NCBI GenBank assembly: GCA_020403245.1
Contig: JADBYA010000006.1
Location: forward strand, 25,494-89,493
Source of the DNA: Flavobacterium sp.
GTDB taxonomy: Bacteria > Bacteroidota > Bacteroidia > Flavobacteriales > Flavobacteriaceae
Direction of reading: 5' to 3'
DNA: 64,000 nucleotides
Shown here in pieces: positions 48,430 to 57,959 of the stretch; positions within the stretch are counted from its first letter, which is position 1; each line of letters begins with the position of its first letter. The notes beneath the pieces were generated by a model. That model did not search any database, was not told the origin of the DNA, and saw only the letters and a list, made by a program, of their open reading frames with translations. Made by a program: the position numbers and the translations under genes.

Positions 48430-48437
48430 CAAATATA
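48430..48437 (-). promoter_or_regulatory. -7 promoter box (TAnnTTTG on minus strand) for the LysR gene
   Basis: Plus-strand CAAATATA equals TATATTTG on the minus strand, 25 nt upstream of the ATG at 48405. Confidence 0.4.
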
Positions 48438-48462
48438 AATAAAATAGAAGCAATACTGTCTT

Positions 48463-48470
48463 TAACTTTG
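48463..48470 (+). promoter_or_regulatory. -7 promoter box (TAnnTTTG) for the SPFH-IDH operon
   Basis: TAACTTTG, 14 nt upstream of the ATG at 48484. Confidence 0.4.
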
Positions 48471-48483
48471 TAAAAAAAAAATC

Positions 48484-49248
48484 ATGAAAAATTTAATCGC
48501 ATTTTGTATTGTACTATTTATTTTCAGTAGTTGTGTAACTATTAAACCAGGTGAAGTTGGTCTTAGACAAAAATTAGGTAAATTGTCAGAACAAGTTTAT
48601 TCTCAAGGTCCTGTTTTTTTTAATCCATTTACCTCAAAAATTGTTCGAACCTCTATTCAAACCAGAAATTTGGAATTGAGTTTAAATTTACCAAGTAAGG
48701 AAGGATTGAGTATTACCTCTCAGATTTCAATTTTATATCGATTAGAGAAAAGTGAGGTTGTAAAAATAGTTAATGATTTAGGTTTAAATTATGAGGGAAT
48801 AATTGCGAATGTATTCAGATCAGCATCGGCTGATATTTGCGCACAATATTTTGCAAAAGATATGCACTCTGGAAAACGTTCAGAAATTGAAGCAGATATT
48901 TTAAAAAGAATGTCGGGTAACTTATTAAACAAAGGAATTGTAATAGAGTCGGTTTTAATGAAAAGCATTCAACTACCTCTAGGTTTATCACAATCTATTG
49001 AAAGTAAGTTACAAGCGGAACAAGATGCTATGAGAATGGAATTTGTATTGCAACAAGAAAAGTTTGAAGCAGAAAGAAAAATAATAGAGGCAAAAGGAAC
49101 AAGAGACTCTCAAAAAATTCTTTCTGAGGGTTTAACAAACGAAATAATCAAAATAAGAAGCATCGATGCATTCAATGAATTATCAAAATCACCCAATGCA
49201 AAAATAATAATAACCGACGGTAAAACACCATTTTTAATAAATCAATAA
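48484..49248 (+). CDS. SPFH/Band-7 (prohibitin-family) lipoprotein
   Basis: Lipobox IFSSC. SPFH core (GEVGLRQKLGKL...ITSQISILYRL) and a coiled C-terminus. Confidence 0.85.
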   Translation: MKNLIAFCIVLFIFSSCVTIKPGEVGLRQKLGKLSEQVYSQGPVFFNPFTSKIVRTSIQTRNLELSLNLPSKEGLSITSQISILYRLEKSEVVKIVNDLGLNYEGIIANVFRSASADICAQYFAKDMHSGKRSEIEADILKRMSGNLLNKGIVIESVLMKSIQLPLGLSQSIESKLQAEQDAMRMEFVLQQEKFEAERKIIEAKGTRDSQKILSEGLTNEIIKIRSIDAFNELSKSPNAKIIITDGKTPFLINQ

Positions 49249-49250
49249 AT

Positions 49251-50687
49251 ATGCAAAGAATAACAATCGCAAAAGGAGACGGAATAGGTCCAGAAATTAT
49301 GGACGCTACATTAGAAATCATCAAAGCAGCAGGTGCACAGCTTGAGTATGATGAAATTGAAGTTGGAGAAAAAGTTTATCTTTCTGGAAACACTTCAGGA
49401 ATAGCAAAAGAAAGTTGGGATACTATTATTAAAAATAAAGTATTTTTAAAAGCACCAATCACAACTCCTCAAGGTGGCGGCTATAAAAGTTTAAATGTCA
49501 CCACAAGAAAATTTCTTGGATTGTACTCTAATGTTAGGCCCTGCATGAGTCTACACCCTTTTGTGGAAACGAAGCATCCCAAAATGGATATGGTGATTAT
49601 CAGAGAAAATGAAGAAGATTTATATGCAGGAATTGAACACCAACAAACCGATGAAGTAATACAATGTTTAAAAATAATAAGCCGTCCTGGTTGTGAAAAA
49701 ATAGTTCGATATGCCTTTGAATATGCAAAAGCTTACGGAAGGAAAAAAGTAACTTGTTTTACTAAAGACAATATCATGAAACAAACGGATGGTTTGTTTC
49801 ACCAAGTGTTTGATGAAATTGCATTAGAATACCCACAAATAGAAAATGAGCATTGGATTATTGATATTGGTGCCGCTAAAATGAGCGACACTCCCGAAGT
49901 TTTTGATGTTATTGTGACTTTGAATTTATATGGCGATGTTATCTCTGATATTGCCGCTCAAATTGCGGGTTCAGTTGGTTTAGCGGGTTCAGCCAATATA
50001 GGTGAAGAATGCTCTATGTTTGAAGCCATTCATGGTTCGGCACCAAGAAGAGCTGGACAAAACTTGGCTAATCCATCAGGGTTATTACAAGGAGCTGTAA
50101 TGATGCTTAACCATTTAGGGCAAAATACCATTGCCACCAAAGTACACAATGCTTGGTTGAAAACCTTAGAAGATGGAATACATACCTACGATATTTTTAA
50201 AGAAGGGAGTAGTACTCAAAAAGTGGGTACCAAAGAGTTTGCTCAAGCAGTGATAGCTAACTTAGGTCAGAAACCAAAAACGTTACCAGCTGTAAATTAC
50301 GAAAATGGGCAACCACTAAATCTTCCAAAATACAAAAAACGACCACAAGCTAAGAAAGAACTTATTGGTCATGATGTTTTTGTTCATTGGAATGGAACTG
50401 ATGCAAATGAATTGGCCGCTAAGATGAATAAAATTGGTACTTCCAATTTGAAACTAAGCATGATAACCAATCGTGGAATCAAAGTTTGGCCAGAAGGTTT
50501 TACGCAAACATTTTGCACCGACCATTGGCGTTGTAGATTTAAAACTGCAGAAGGAAATACTATAAATAAAGAAGAAATAATAGCACTTCTTCAACAGTGT
50601 ATTCAAAACGAAGTCGATACTATTAAAACAGAAAATCTATATCAGTTTGATGGTAAAATGGCATTTTCATTAGGACAAGGGCAATAA
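49251..50687 (+). CDS. icd: Isocitrate dehydrogenase (isocitrate/isopropylmalate dehydrogenase fold with extra C-terminal domain)
   Basis: GDGIGPEI, SLNVTTRKFLGLYSNVRP, NLYGDVISDIAAQIAGSVGLAGSANIG. 478 aa, about 130 aa longer than the core fold. Confidence 0.8.
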   Translation: MQRITIAKGDGIGPEIMDATLEIIKAAGAQLEYDEIEVGEKVYLSGNTSGIAKESWDTIIKNKVFLKAPITTPQGGGYKSLNVTTRKFLGLYSNVRPCMSLHPFVETKHPKMDMVIIRENEEDLYAGIEHQQTDEVIQCLKIISRPGCEKIVRYAFEYAKAYGRKKVTCFTKDNIMKQTDGLFHQVFDEIALEYPQIENEHWIIDIGAAKMSDTPEVFDVIVTLNLYGDVISDIAAQIAGSVGLAGSANIGEECSMFEAIHGSAPRRAGQNLANPSGLLQGAVMMLNHLGQNTIATKVHNAWLKTLEDGIHTYDIFKEGSSTQKVGTKEFAQAVIANLGQKPKTLPAVNYENGQPLNLPKYKKRPQAKKELIGHDVFVHWNGTDANELAAKMNKIGTSNLKLSMITNRGIKVWPEGFTQTFCTDHWRCRFKTAEGNTINKEEIIALLQQCIQNEVDTIKTENLYQFDGKMAFSLGQGQ

Positions 50688-50698
50688 ATAAAACTATT

Positions 50699-50938
50699 AT
50701 GGAACTACAATTATTAAATGATACTTTTTCGACTAATGAATCAATTGAAATTATAAATCAATTATTTCAAGTAAAAATTAAATTTCACGAGGATAAAATC
50801 AAAATATCTCATAATGAGGAAGATGTAAAAATGAGAGAACAAAAAATAAAATTTTTACAAAATGAATTAGCGGCTGCAAGGCAATTCATAAGTGCACAAT
50901 CGGGGTATATTTCGCTAAGTAGTCAAATAATCTTATAA
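50699..50938 (+). CDS. Small protein of unknown function (paralogue 1)
   Basis: 79 aa, 11 nt after icd. Shares an FS...KI.FH...NEED...I..L pattern with the next ORF. Confidence 0.5.
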   Translation: MELQLLNDTFSTNESIEIINQLFQVKIKFHEDKIKISHNEEDVKMREQKIKFLQNELAAARQFISAQSGYISLSSQIIL

Positions 50939-50942
50939 ATAA

Positions 50943-51215
50943 ATGGATAAATATCAGTTTAAGTTGATAGAAGGTAATTTTTCATCTCAGGATGCAAAAA
51001 CAGTTTTAATGTCGGTAATAAATAGCAAAATCAATTTTCATAACCTTAATGCCTTTAGTGAATTTGTTAAAAACAATGAAGATTGTGAAATATCAAAACG
51101 AAGAATATCAGTATTAACTTCATCTCTTGAAGATATCAACAAACTTCTTGAAGAAAGTGAACGAAATGGAAAGAGGTTAAAAATTAATGGTGACATTACA
51201 ATAGAGTTCATATAA
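50943..51215 (+). CDS. Small protein of unknown function (paralogue 2)
   Basis: 90 aa, 4 nt after paralogue 1. Similar layout (NFSSQDAKTVLMSVINSKINFHN...NNEDCE...). Confidence 0.5.
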   Translation: MDKYQFKLIEGNFSSQDAKTVLMSVINSKINFHNLNAFSEFVKNNEDCEISKRRISVLTSSLEDINKLLEESERNGKRLKINGDITIEFI

Positions 51216-51225
51216 CGTATTAGAT

Positions 51226-52068
51226 TTGGATATTTTCAAAGGAAGAAGATTAGTCATTGCAACCAAGCATAAAAAAGAATCGGTAATTGCTCCGTTACTT
51301 GAAAAGCATTTAGGAGTGCAATGTTTTGTTCCGGAAGATTTTGATACAGACGAACTAGGAACATTTTCTGGTGAAATAGAAAGAAAAAATGGACCAATAG
51401 CAACGGCAAGAAAAAAATGTCTGCTAGCTATGGAACAAACCAATTGCGATTTAGGCATCGCCAGCGAAGGTTCGTTTGGTCCTCATCCAACAATCTTTAT
51501 GGCACATGCCGATGATGAGTTCTTACTTTTTATTGATAAGAAAAATAATTTAGAAATATTAGTACGAGAGTTAAGTCTTGATACTAACTTTAATGCAGCA
51601 ACTGTAGAGTGTTTTCAAAATTTGGTTGATTTAGTAAAAAACGTTGGATTCCCAGAGCATGCAGTGATATTAAAAAATACTGATAAAGAAGTTACTTCTG
51701 TTGTAAAAGGAATTCAATCATGGGAGTTATTAGAAGAGAGTTTTCATACGCTCTCGGCTAGTAATTCCCAAGTTGTTGCAGAAACCGATATGCGTGCCCT
51801 GTATAACCCAACACGCATGAAAGTCATTGAAAAAGCAACTCAGAAACTAGTAGAGAAAATAAAAAATTGTTGCCCAGAATGTCATACACCTGGGTTTGGT
51901 ATTGTAAATACTAAACCGGGTTTACCCTGTCAATGGTGTGGTTCACCAACAAATTCTACCAAATCACATATTTATCAATGTCAAAAATGTAATTTTGAAC
52001 TGGAAAAACTATTTCCAAATGATAAAAAAACAGAAGATCCGATGTATTGTGATCGTTGTAATCCTTGA
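51226..52068 (+). CDS. Conserved protein with C-terminal 4x CxxC zinc-ribbon region
   Basis: 280 aa with an apparent TTG start. The next in-frame ATG is 68 codons in. CPEC, CQWC, CQKC and CDRC lie in the last 60 aa. Confidence 0.55.
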   Translation: MDIFKGRRLVIATKHKKESVIAPLLEKHLGVQCFVPEDFDTDELGTFSGEIERKNGPIATARKKCLLAMEQTNCDLGIASEGSFGPHPTIFMAHADDEFLLFIDKKNNLEILVRELSLDTNFNAATVECFQNLVDLVKNVGFPEHAVILKNTDKEVTSVVKGIQSWELLEESFHTLSASNSQVVAETDMRALYNPTRMKVIEKATQKLVEKIKNCCPECHTPGFGIVNTKPGLPCQWCGSPTNSTKSHIYQCQKCNFELEKLFPNDKKTEDPMYCDRCNP

Positions 52069-52071
52069 AAG

Positions 52072-53031
52072 ATGACAGAACAAATTAAGAAAGCATCGAA
52101 ATTGTTAAAAGCTGGAAATGTGGTGGCCATACCAACAGAAACGGTTTACGGATTAGCTGCTAATGTTTTTGATGAAAAGGCAGTAAAAAAAATATTTGAA
52201 ATAAAAAGCAGGCCATTATTTAATCCGTTAATTGTTCATATTAAATCGATTGAAGATTTACAAAATGTAGCAACAAATATACCTCCCAAAGCATGGATTT
52301 TGGCTAATTATTTTTGGCCTGGTGCGTTAACATTAGTGTTGCCAAAGAAAAAAACTATACCCTATATTGTTACCGCAGGAAAGGAAACAGTTGGTGTTCG
52401 TGTTCCTTCACATCCAGTTGCTTTGGCACTTTTGGAGGAAGTTGATTTTCCTTTAGCAGCTCCAAGTGCCAATCCTTTTGGATATATTAGCCCTACTAAT
52501 GCAGCCCATGTTCAAAAACAATTAGGAACAAAAATCCCCTTTATACTTGATGGAGGGAATTGCGAAAAAGGAATTGAATCTACCATCATTGGCTTTGAAA
52601 ATGATGATCCTGTTTTATACAGAGTTGGTGCTATTTCTAAAGAAGCTATTGAAAAATGTATTGGTCAAATTGGTAGTAAAACAAAAGCTGAGGCAACACC
52701 TGAAGCACCAGGAATGTTGAGCAAACATTATTCTCCTAGAACACCATTTATGGTTTCAGAGAGTATTCTTTCTGATATTGAAAAATATAAAAATCAAGCA
52801 GTAGGATTTGTTATTTTTTCTAATGGAATAGTTGAAACTTCAGAAAAATTTTTCCTTTTAACAAAAACTGAAAGTTTAGATGAAGCAGCTCAAAATTTAT
52901 ATGCTGCCATGCACCAACTTGATGCGCAAGGATTTGACTTCATCATAGCTGAAAAATTTCCAGAAACTGGTATTGGCATCAGTTTAAATGATAGATTATG
53001 TAGAGCTCAAGTAGTAGAATTCGATAAATAA
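52072..53031 (+). CDS. L-threonylcarbamoyladenylate synthase (Sua5/YwlC-type TsaC)
   Basis: YrdC domain (VVAIPTETVYGLAANVFD, NPLIVHI) plus a C-terminal Sua5 domain. 319 aa. Confidence 0.9.
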   Translation: MTEQIKKASKLLKAGNVVAIPTETVYGLAANVFDEKAVKKIFEIKSRPLFNPLIVHIKSIEDLQNVATNIPPKAWILANYFWPGALTLVLPKKKTIPYIVTAGKETVGVRVPSHPVALALLEEVDFPLAAPSANPFGYISPTNAAHVQKQLGTKIPFILDGGNCEKGIESTIIGFENDDPVLYRVGAISKEAIEKCIGQIGSKTKAEATPEAPGMLSKHYSPRTPFMVSESILSDIEKYKNQAVGFVIFSNGIVETSEKFFLLTKTESLDEAAQNLYAAMHQLDAQGFDFIIAEKFPETGIGISLNDRLCRAQVVEFDK

Positions 53032-53070
53032 ACACAGAAAGAAAGAAATAAATAATCCAAATAACTCCTA

Positions 53071-54033
53071 ATGAATTTAGATTTACTTATAGATAATTTA
53101 ACAAATCCAGCACTTTTATTTTTTCTTTTGGGAATTATTGCCGTTCAATTAAAGAGCGATTTAGAAATACCGCCAAACTCTTCAAAATTTATTTCGCTAT
53201 ATCTTTTGTTTTCCATCGGTTTCAAAGGTGGTCAAGAGTTAGCCCATAGTCACTTTAATATAGAAATTATATGGTCAGCACTCTTTGGAATTTTAATTGC
53301 CGTCGTGATTCCGTTTTATAGTTTTTTTATATTGAAAAGGAAATTTAGTTTTGAAAACGCAGGTGCCATAGCTGCTGCCTATGGGTCGGTAAGTGCTGTA
53401 ACTTTTGTAACTGCAGTTTCATTTTTAGAAATTCAAAAATATACATTTAGTGGACACATGGTTGCCATCATGGCTTTGATGGAAGCGCCAGCAATTATTG
53501 TTGCTGTAATATTAATGCGATTATACAATAAAAAAGAAACTAATACTACTAATCTTTCATCAGTTATAAAACATTCGTTAACTAATGGAAGCGTATTGCT
53601 AATTCTAGGTAGTTTGTTAATTGGTTTTTTAGCAAGCGATCAACAAGCTATGGGAATTAAACCATTCACTACGGATATTTTCAAAGGTTTTCTTGCGATT
53701 TTCTTATTAGACATGGGAGTTGTAAGTGGAAAAAAGTTGGATGTTTTTTTTAAAAGCGGTTGGTTTCCTGTATTATTTGCATTGATAATTCCATTACTAA
53801 ATGGCGCATCTGTAGCATTTTTAAGTCAACTAGTTACAGATGATGTTGGAAACCGATTTATGTTTTCCATATTAGCTGCAAGTGCCTCTTATATTGCAGT
53901 TCCAGCAGCAATGAAAATAGTAGCTCCAAAAGCAAATCCGGGTTTGTTTTTACCGATGGCACTAGCAATTACTTTTCCTTTCAATATCACTTTTGGAATG
54001 CCCATCTATTTAAGTATAATTCTTTATATTTAA
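53071..54033 (+). CDS. SbtA-like sodium-dependent bicarbonate transporter family permease
   Basis: 320 aa, about 10 TM helices, two-repeat layout. N-terminus NPALLFFLLGIIAV...SLYLLFSIGFKGG typical of the family. Confidence 0.65.
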   Translation: MNLDLLIDNLTNPALLFFLLGIIAVQLKSDLEIPPNSSKFISLYLLFSIGFKGGQELAHSHFNIEIIWSALFGILIAVVIPFYSFFILKRKFSFENAGAIAAAYGSVSAVTFVTAVSFLEIQKYTFSGHMVAIMALMEAPAIIVAVILMRLYNKKETNTTNLSSVIKHSLTNGSVLLILGSLLIGFLASDQQAMGIKPFTTDIFKGFLAIFLLDMGVVSGKKLDVFFKSGWFPVLFALIIPLLNGASVAFLSQLVTDDVGNRFMFSILAASASYIAVPAAMKIVAPKANPGLFLPMALAITFPFNITFGMPIYLSIILYI

Positions 54034-54039
54034 GAAAAC

Positions 54040-54684
54040 CTAAATAGAAAATTTCAAGCGATACACTTCATCAAGCTCATCATTGGAACTCATATTCACC
54101 CCTAAATCAGTAACATAGCCTGAATTTAATCCATAAGTCCAACCATGAAGTGTTAAATCTTGACCGTTGCGCCATGCACCTTGAACAATTGAGGTTTTTG
54201 CCAAGTCAAAAACTTGTTCTTGCGCATTTATTTCAACAAATTTATTAAATCTATCCTCTTCATTTTTAAACGAATTTAAATAATCTTCATGTAAACGATA
54301 TACGTCTTTTATATGACGAATCCAGTTGTCAATCAAACCTATAGATTGATTTCCCATAGCTGCTTTTACACCACCACAACCATAATGACCACAAACAATT
54401 ACGTGTTTTACTTTTAAAACATTCACTGCATAATCCAATACGCTTAGCATATTCATATCCGAATGAACTACCATATTCGCTATATTTCTGTGAACAAAAA
54501 CTTCACCCGGTTTTGCTCCAATAATTTCATTGGCAGGTACTCGACTATCAGAACATCCTATCCATAGCAAAGGAGGTTGTTGCCCTTTGGCTAAATCTTT
54601 GAAATAATCTTTATCAATAGCAACTTGATCTTCAACCCATTTTTTATTATTATCAAGAATCTTTTTATAAAATTCAGCACTCAT
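54040..54684 (-). CDS. Beta-class carbonic anhydrase
   Basis: Zinc ligands in CSDSRV and GHYGCGG. 214 aa. Four-nt ATGA overlap with the SulP gene. Confidence 0.9.
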   Translation of the reverse strand: MSAEFYKKILDNNKKWVEDQVAIDKDYFKDLAKGQQPPLLWIGCSDSRVPANEIIGAKPGEVFVHRNIANMVVHSDMNMLSVLDYAVNVLKVKHVIVCGHYGCGGVKAAMGNQSIGLIDNWIRHIKDVYRLHEDYLNSFKNEEDRFNKFVEINAQEQVFDLAKTSIVQGAWRNGQDLTLHGWTYGLNSGYVTDLGVNMSSNDELDEVYRLKFSI

Positions 54685-56345
54685 AGTTTGTCTTCTTTAA
54701 AAATTATTTCTTTATTTTCTATTACTTCCATTTTTCTTTTCAGAACATTGTAGCGATGCTCAATAGTTACTTTATTTTTATAACCATCACTATTTTCTAG
54801 GTCATAAGCATCTTTAAACCCAACCAATTTAGTAGTAATATTTAACTCTTTTGATTTTATTTTTTTGAACTCCTTAATTAAATCCAACACATCATGAGCA
54901 ATATAAACAGAATCCGTTGCATTGATAACAACTTTTGAATTGGACGGAATACTGTTTAATGTAGCTTTTATTGCGGCTTTATTTAAAAAAGATACTTCTT
55001 GAGCTAAATCGATGTGTATAATATCACCTTCCGAGTATTCTTCTTTTCTAAAATAATAAGCACGTTGCATATTCCCTTTCAAAACAAAAATAATACTGAT
55101 AATTATTCCCAATGCTACCCCTTTTAATAAATCAGTAAAAACAACTCCAATAAATGTTGCCATAAACGGGATAAATTGATATTTACCTTTTTCCCAAAAA
55201 TGCTTTATGATATTTGGATTTGCTAATTTATAACCCACTAATAATAAAACGGCTGCCAAAGTTGCCAACGGAATTTTATTCAAAAGTGCTGGAATTGCCA
55301 ATACACTAACCATTAATAAAATACCATGAATAATAGCAGACATTTTAGACTTTGCTCCAGCATTATTATTTGCCGAAGTTCTCACTACAACTGATGTCAT
55401 AGGCAAACCACCTAAAAGTGAGCTTAAAATATTTCCAATTCCTTGAGCTTTTAATTCTACATTAGTGTCCGTATAACGTTTCTGAGCATCCATTCTATCG
55501 GCAGCTTCAATACAAAGTAAGGTTTCGATAGAAGCCACAACTGCAATCGTGAAAGCAATAATCCAAACTTTGGTATTGGTGATAGCAGAAAAATCAGGTG
55601 TCACAAATATATTTTTAAGTTCTTCAAAAGTTTTTGGGACAGGTAAACTTACTAAATGTTCGCTTGTAATTGCCAAACTACTTCCAGATTGAATAAAAAA
55701 TTCATTCAATAGAATTCCGACAATAACAGCAATTAAAGCTGCTGGAACTAATTTCATTTTCTTTAAAAAATCAACTTTTGTCCAAGCAATCAAAATTGAT
55801 AGTGAAACTAAAGTAATTACAAGCGAACCCAATTGAATATGATTGAAAACAGAAAACAACTCGGAGAATGTATTGAGACCGTCTTGTTGTAAAAATGTTT
55901 CATCACCCTCAAAATCATTATCATAACCAACGGCATGAGGAATTTGTTTTAGAAAAATAATGACTCCAATTCCCGCCAACATTCCTTCTATAACATTTGT
56001 TGGAAAGTAATTTGAAATGCTACCTGCTTTGATAAAACCAAGTGCAAGTTGAATTATACCAGCGATAAATACAGCTAAAAGAAACGAATTAAACGATCCT
56101 AAATCAGTTATAGCGGTCAATACTATAGCTGTTAAACCCGCCGCTGGACCTGAAACACTTAAATGAGAATTACTCAAATAACCTACCACAATACCGCCAA
56201 CAATACCAGAAATTATTCCAGAAAATAATGGAGCTCCAGAGGCCAAAGCAATGCCGAGACACAATGGTAATGCCACTAGAAATACGACTAAACCTGAAGC
56301 AAAATCAGATTTAAGATTGGCGAAAATGCTTGTGTTTTTTGTCAT
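54681..56345 (-). CDS. SulP-family anion transporter with C-terminal STAS domain (BicA-like candidate)
   Basis: N-terminus DFASGLVVFLVALPLCLGIALASGAP, multiple TM helices, STAS-like C-terminal 120 aa. Confidence 0.85.
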   Translation of the reverse strand: MTKNTSIFANLKSDFASGLVVFLVALPLCLGIALASGAPLFSGIISGIVGGIVVGYLSNSHLSVSGPAAGLTAIVLTAITDLGSFNSFLLAVFIAGIIQLALGFIKAGSISNYFPTNVIEGMLAGIGVIIFLKQIPHAVGYDNDFEGDETFLQQDGLNTFSELFSVFNHIQLGSLVITLVSLSILIAWTKVDFLKKMKLVPAALIAVIVGILLNEFFIQSGSSLAITSEHLVSLPVPKTFEELKNIFVTPDFSAITNTKVWIIAFTIAVVASIETLLCIEAADRMDAQKRYTDTNVELKAQGIGNILSSLLGGLPMTSVVVRTSANNNAGAKSKMSAIIHGILLMVSVLAIPALLNKIPLATLAAVLLLVGYKLANPNIIKHFWEKGKYQFIPFMATFIGVVFTDLLKGVALGIIISIIFVLKGNMQRAYYFRKEEYSEGDIIHIDLAQEVSFLNKAAIKATLNSIPSNSKVVINATDSVYIAHDVLDLIKEFKKIKSKELNITTKLVGFKDAYDLENSDGYKNKVTIEHRYNVLKRKMEVIENKEIIFKEDKL

Positions 56346-56580
56346 AATAGTAGTGTTTTGAAAAAAAATTGAATTTATAATCTTTCCAACTTTGTAAAAA
56401 TATAACTATTTTTATAAAATAATGATAAGATTAATACAAAATAAAAAATAACTAAAAGTCGATTTGAATACCATTAAAAATGACTATCTAATTCCAAAAA
56501 ATAACACTTAATATTAGTTTAAACCAAAAATGTCATAAATTAATCTTATTGTTTTTATATTTACATCAAATTTAATTATA

Positions 56581-57522
56581 ATGACAATTACACAACTTAA
56601 ATATGTCTTAGCAGTAGCCGAACATAAAAACTTTACCCTTGCAGCTGAAAAATGCTTTGTTACACAACCCACATTAAGCATGCAAATACAAAAAATAGAA
56701 GAAGAACTCGGTATTCAAATTTTTGACAGAACCAAAAAACCAATTCAACTTACAGAAATTGGTCATAAAATCGTGAATCAATCTAAGAATATTGTCATTG
56801 AAGCTGATAGAATTCAAGATATAGTTGATCAACAAAAAGGGTTTATTGGAGGTGAGTTTCGATTAGCAATTATTCCAACTGTGATGCCTACATTATTGCC
56901 AATGTTTTTGAATAATTTTATTAAAAAGTACCCAAAAGTTAAACTCATCATAGAAGAACTAAATACTTCAGAGATTATTACAAGATTAAAAAATGGTCAT
57001 CTAGATGCCGCTATTGCGGTAACACCCTTGGAAGACGAAAAAATCAAGGAAGTTGTTTTGTATTTTGAACCATTTGTGGCTTACATTCCATCCAACCATC
57101 AATCATTCAGTAAAAAAGAAATTGAAGTGTCAGATTTGAATATAAATGAAATTCTGTTACTTCAAGATGGACATTGTTTTAGAGATGGTATTTTGAATTT
57201 ATGTAAAAATCTTAATTCAGAAGATATAAATCATTTTCAAATAGAAAGTGGTAGTTTTGAAACACTCATCAAATTAGCCGATGAAGGATTAGGCACTACA
57301 CTTCTTCCCTATTTGCACACCTTGGATTTGAATGAAAAAGACCAACTAAAATTAAAACATTTTGTGGAACCAAAGCCAGCAAGAGAAGTGAGTTTAATTT
57401 ATCCTAAAAACGAATTGAAAATTCATATTGTTGATGCTTTGAGGTCAACTATTGCTGGAGTTATTAAAGGAGCTATTACTTTTCAAAATGTTCAAATCAT
57501 TAGTCCACTTCAAAAAAAATAA
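56581..57522 (+). CDS. oxyR: LysR-family regulator, OxyR-like
   Basis: LysR HTH (ITQLKYVLAVAEHKNFTLAAEKCFVTQPTLSMQIQKIEEELG). Redox-Cys context LLLQDGHCFRDGILNLC resembles OxyR C199/C208. Confidence 0.75.
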   Translation: MTITQLKYVLAVAEHKNFTLAAEKCFVTQPTLSMQIQKIEEELGIQIFDRTKKPIQLTEIGHKIVNQSKNIVIEADRIQDIVDQQKGFIGGEFRLAIIPTVMPTLLPMFLNNFIKKYPKVKLIIEELNTSEIITRLKNGHLDAAIAVTPLEDEKIKEVVLYFEPFVAYIPSNHQSFSKKEIEVSDLNINEILLLQDGHCFRDGILNLCKNLNSEDINHFQIESGSFETLIKLADEGLGTTLLPYLHTLDLNEKDQLKLKHFVEPKPAREVSLIYPKNELKIHIVDALRSTIAGVIKGAITFQNVQIISPLQKK

Positions 57523-57550
57523 GGAGCTTTTGCACAAACTCCTTATTTCT
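57518..57550. terminator. Bidirectional terminator between convergent genes
   Basis: 9-bp stem AATAAGGAG/CTCCTTATT with a 12-nt loop, overlapping the oxyR-like stop. Confidence 0.55.
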
Positions 57551-57555
57551 TTCTG

Positions 57556-57750
57556 CTAACTAACTACAGATAAACATTGTTTTAATTCTGGATGCTCATT
57601 CGTAAAGAACTGCAACCATTTTTTTAATTGTTCTACTTCGTATGGCAATAAATTTCGCACTGCCTTTTTTAATTCTTTTGAAAAAAGAATTGGATCAAAG
57701 CTCACTCTTTCGAGTACCGATTTGGTGTAATCGTAAATCATTCTAGGCAT
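57556..57750 (-). CDS. Small conserved protein (paralogue A)
   Basis: 64 aa. Alignable end to end with the 65-aa ORF at 57960-58157. Confidence 0.55.
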   Translation of the reverse strand: MPRMIYDYTKSVLERVSFDPILFSKELKKAVRNLLPYEVEQLKKWLQFFTNEHPELKQCLSVVS

Positions 57751-57959
57751 AATTTTTAAGATTTGGGGTTATCTTATTGTAAGAACGTTTAGTAAAAATA
57801 AAATAAAATAATGATTATTACAACATTTTTTATTGAAAAAAGACGTTTAAACACTTTTTATGTCGATGAAATACACTTTTAAAAAAAATTAATACGTATA
57901 ATATTACTAAATACTAGATCAAAATAAAAAAAGAAACCATTTAAGTTCCTTTAGTTTAA

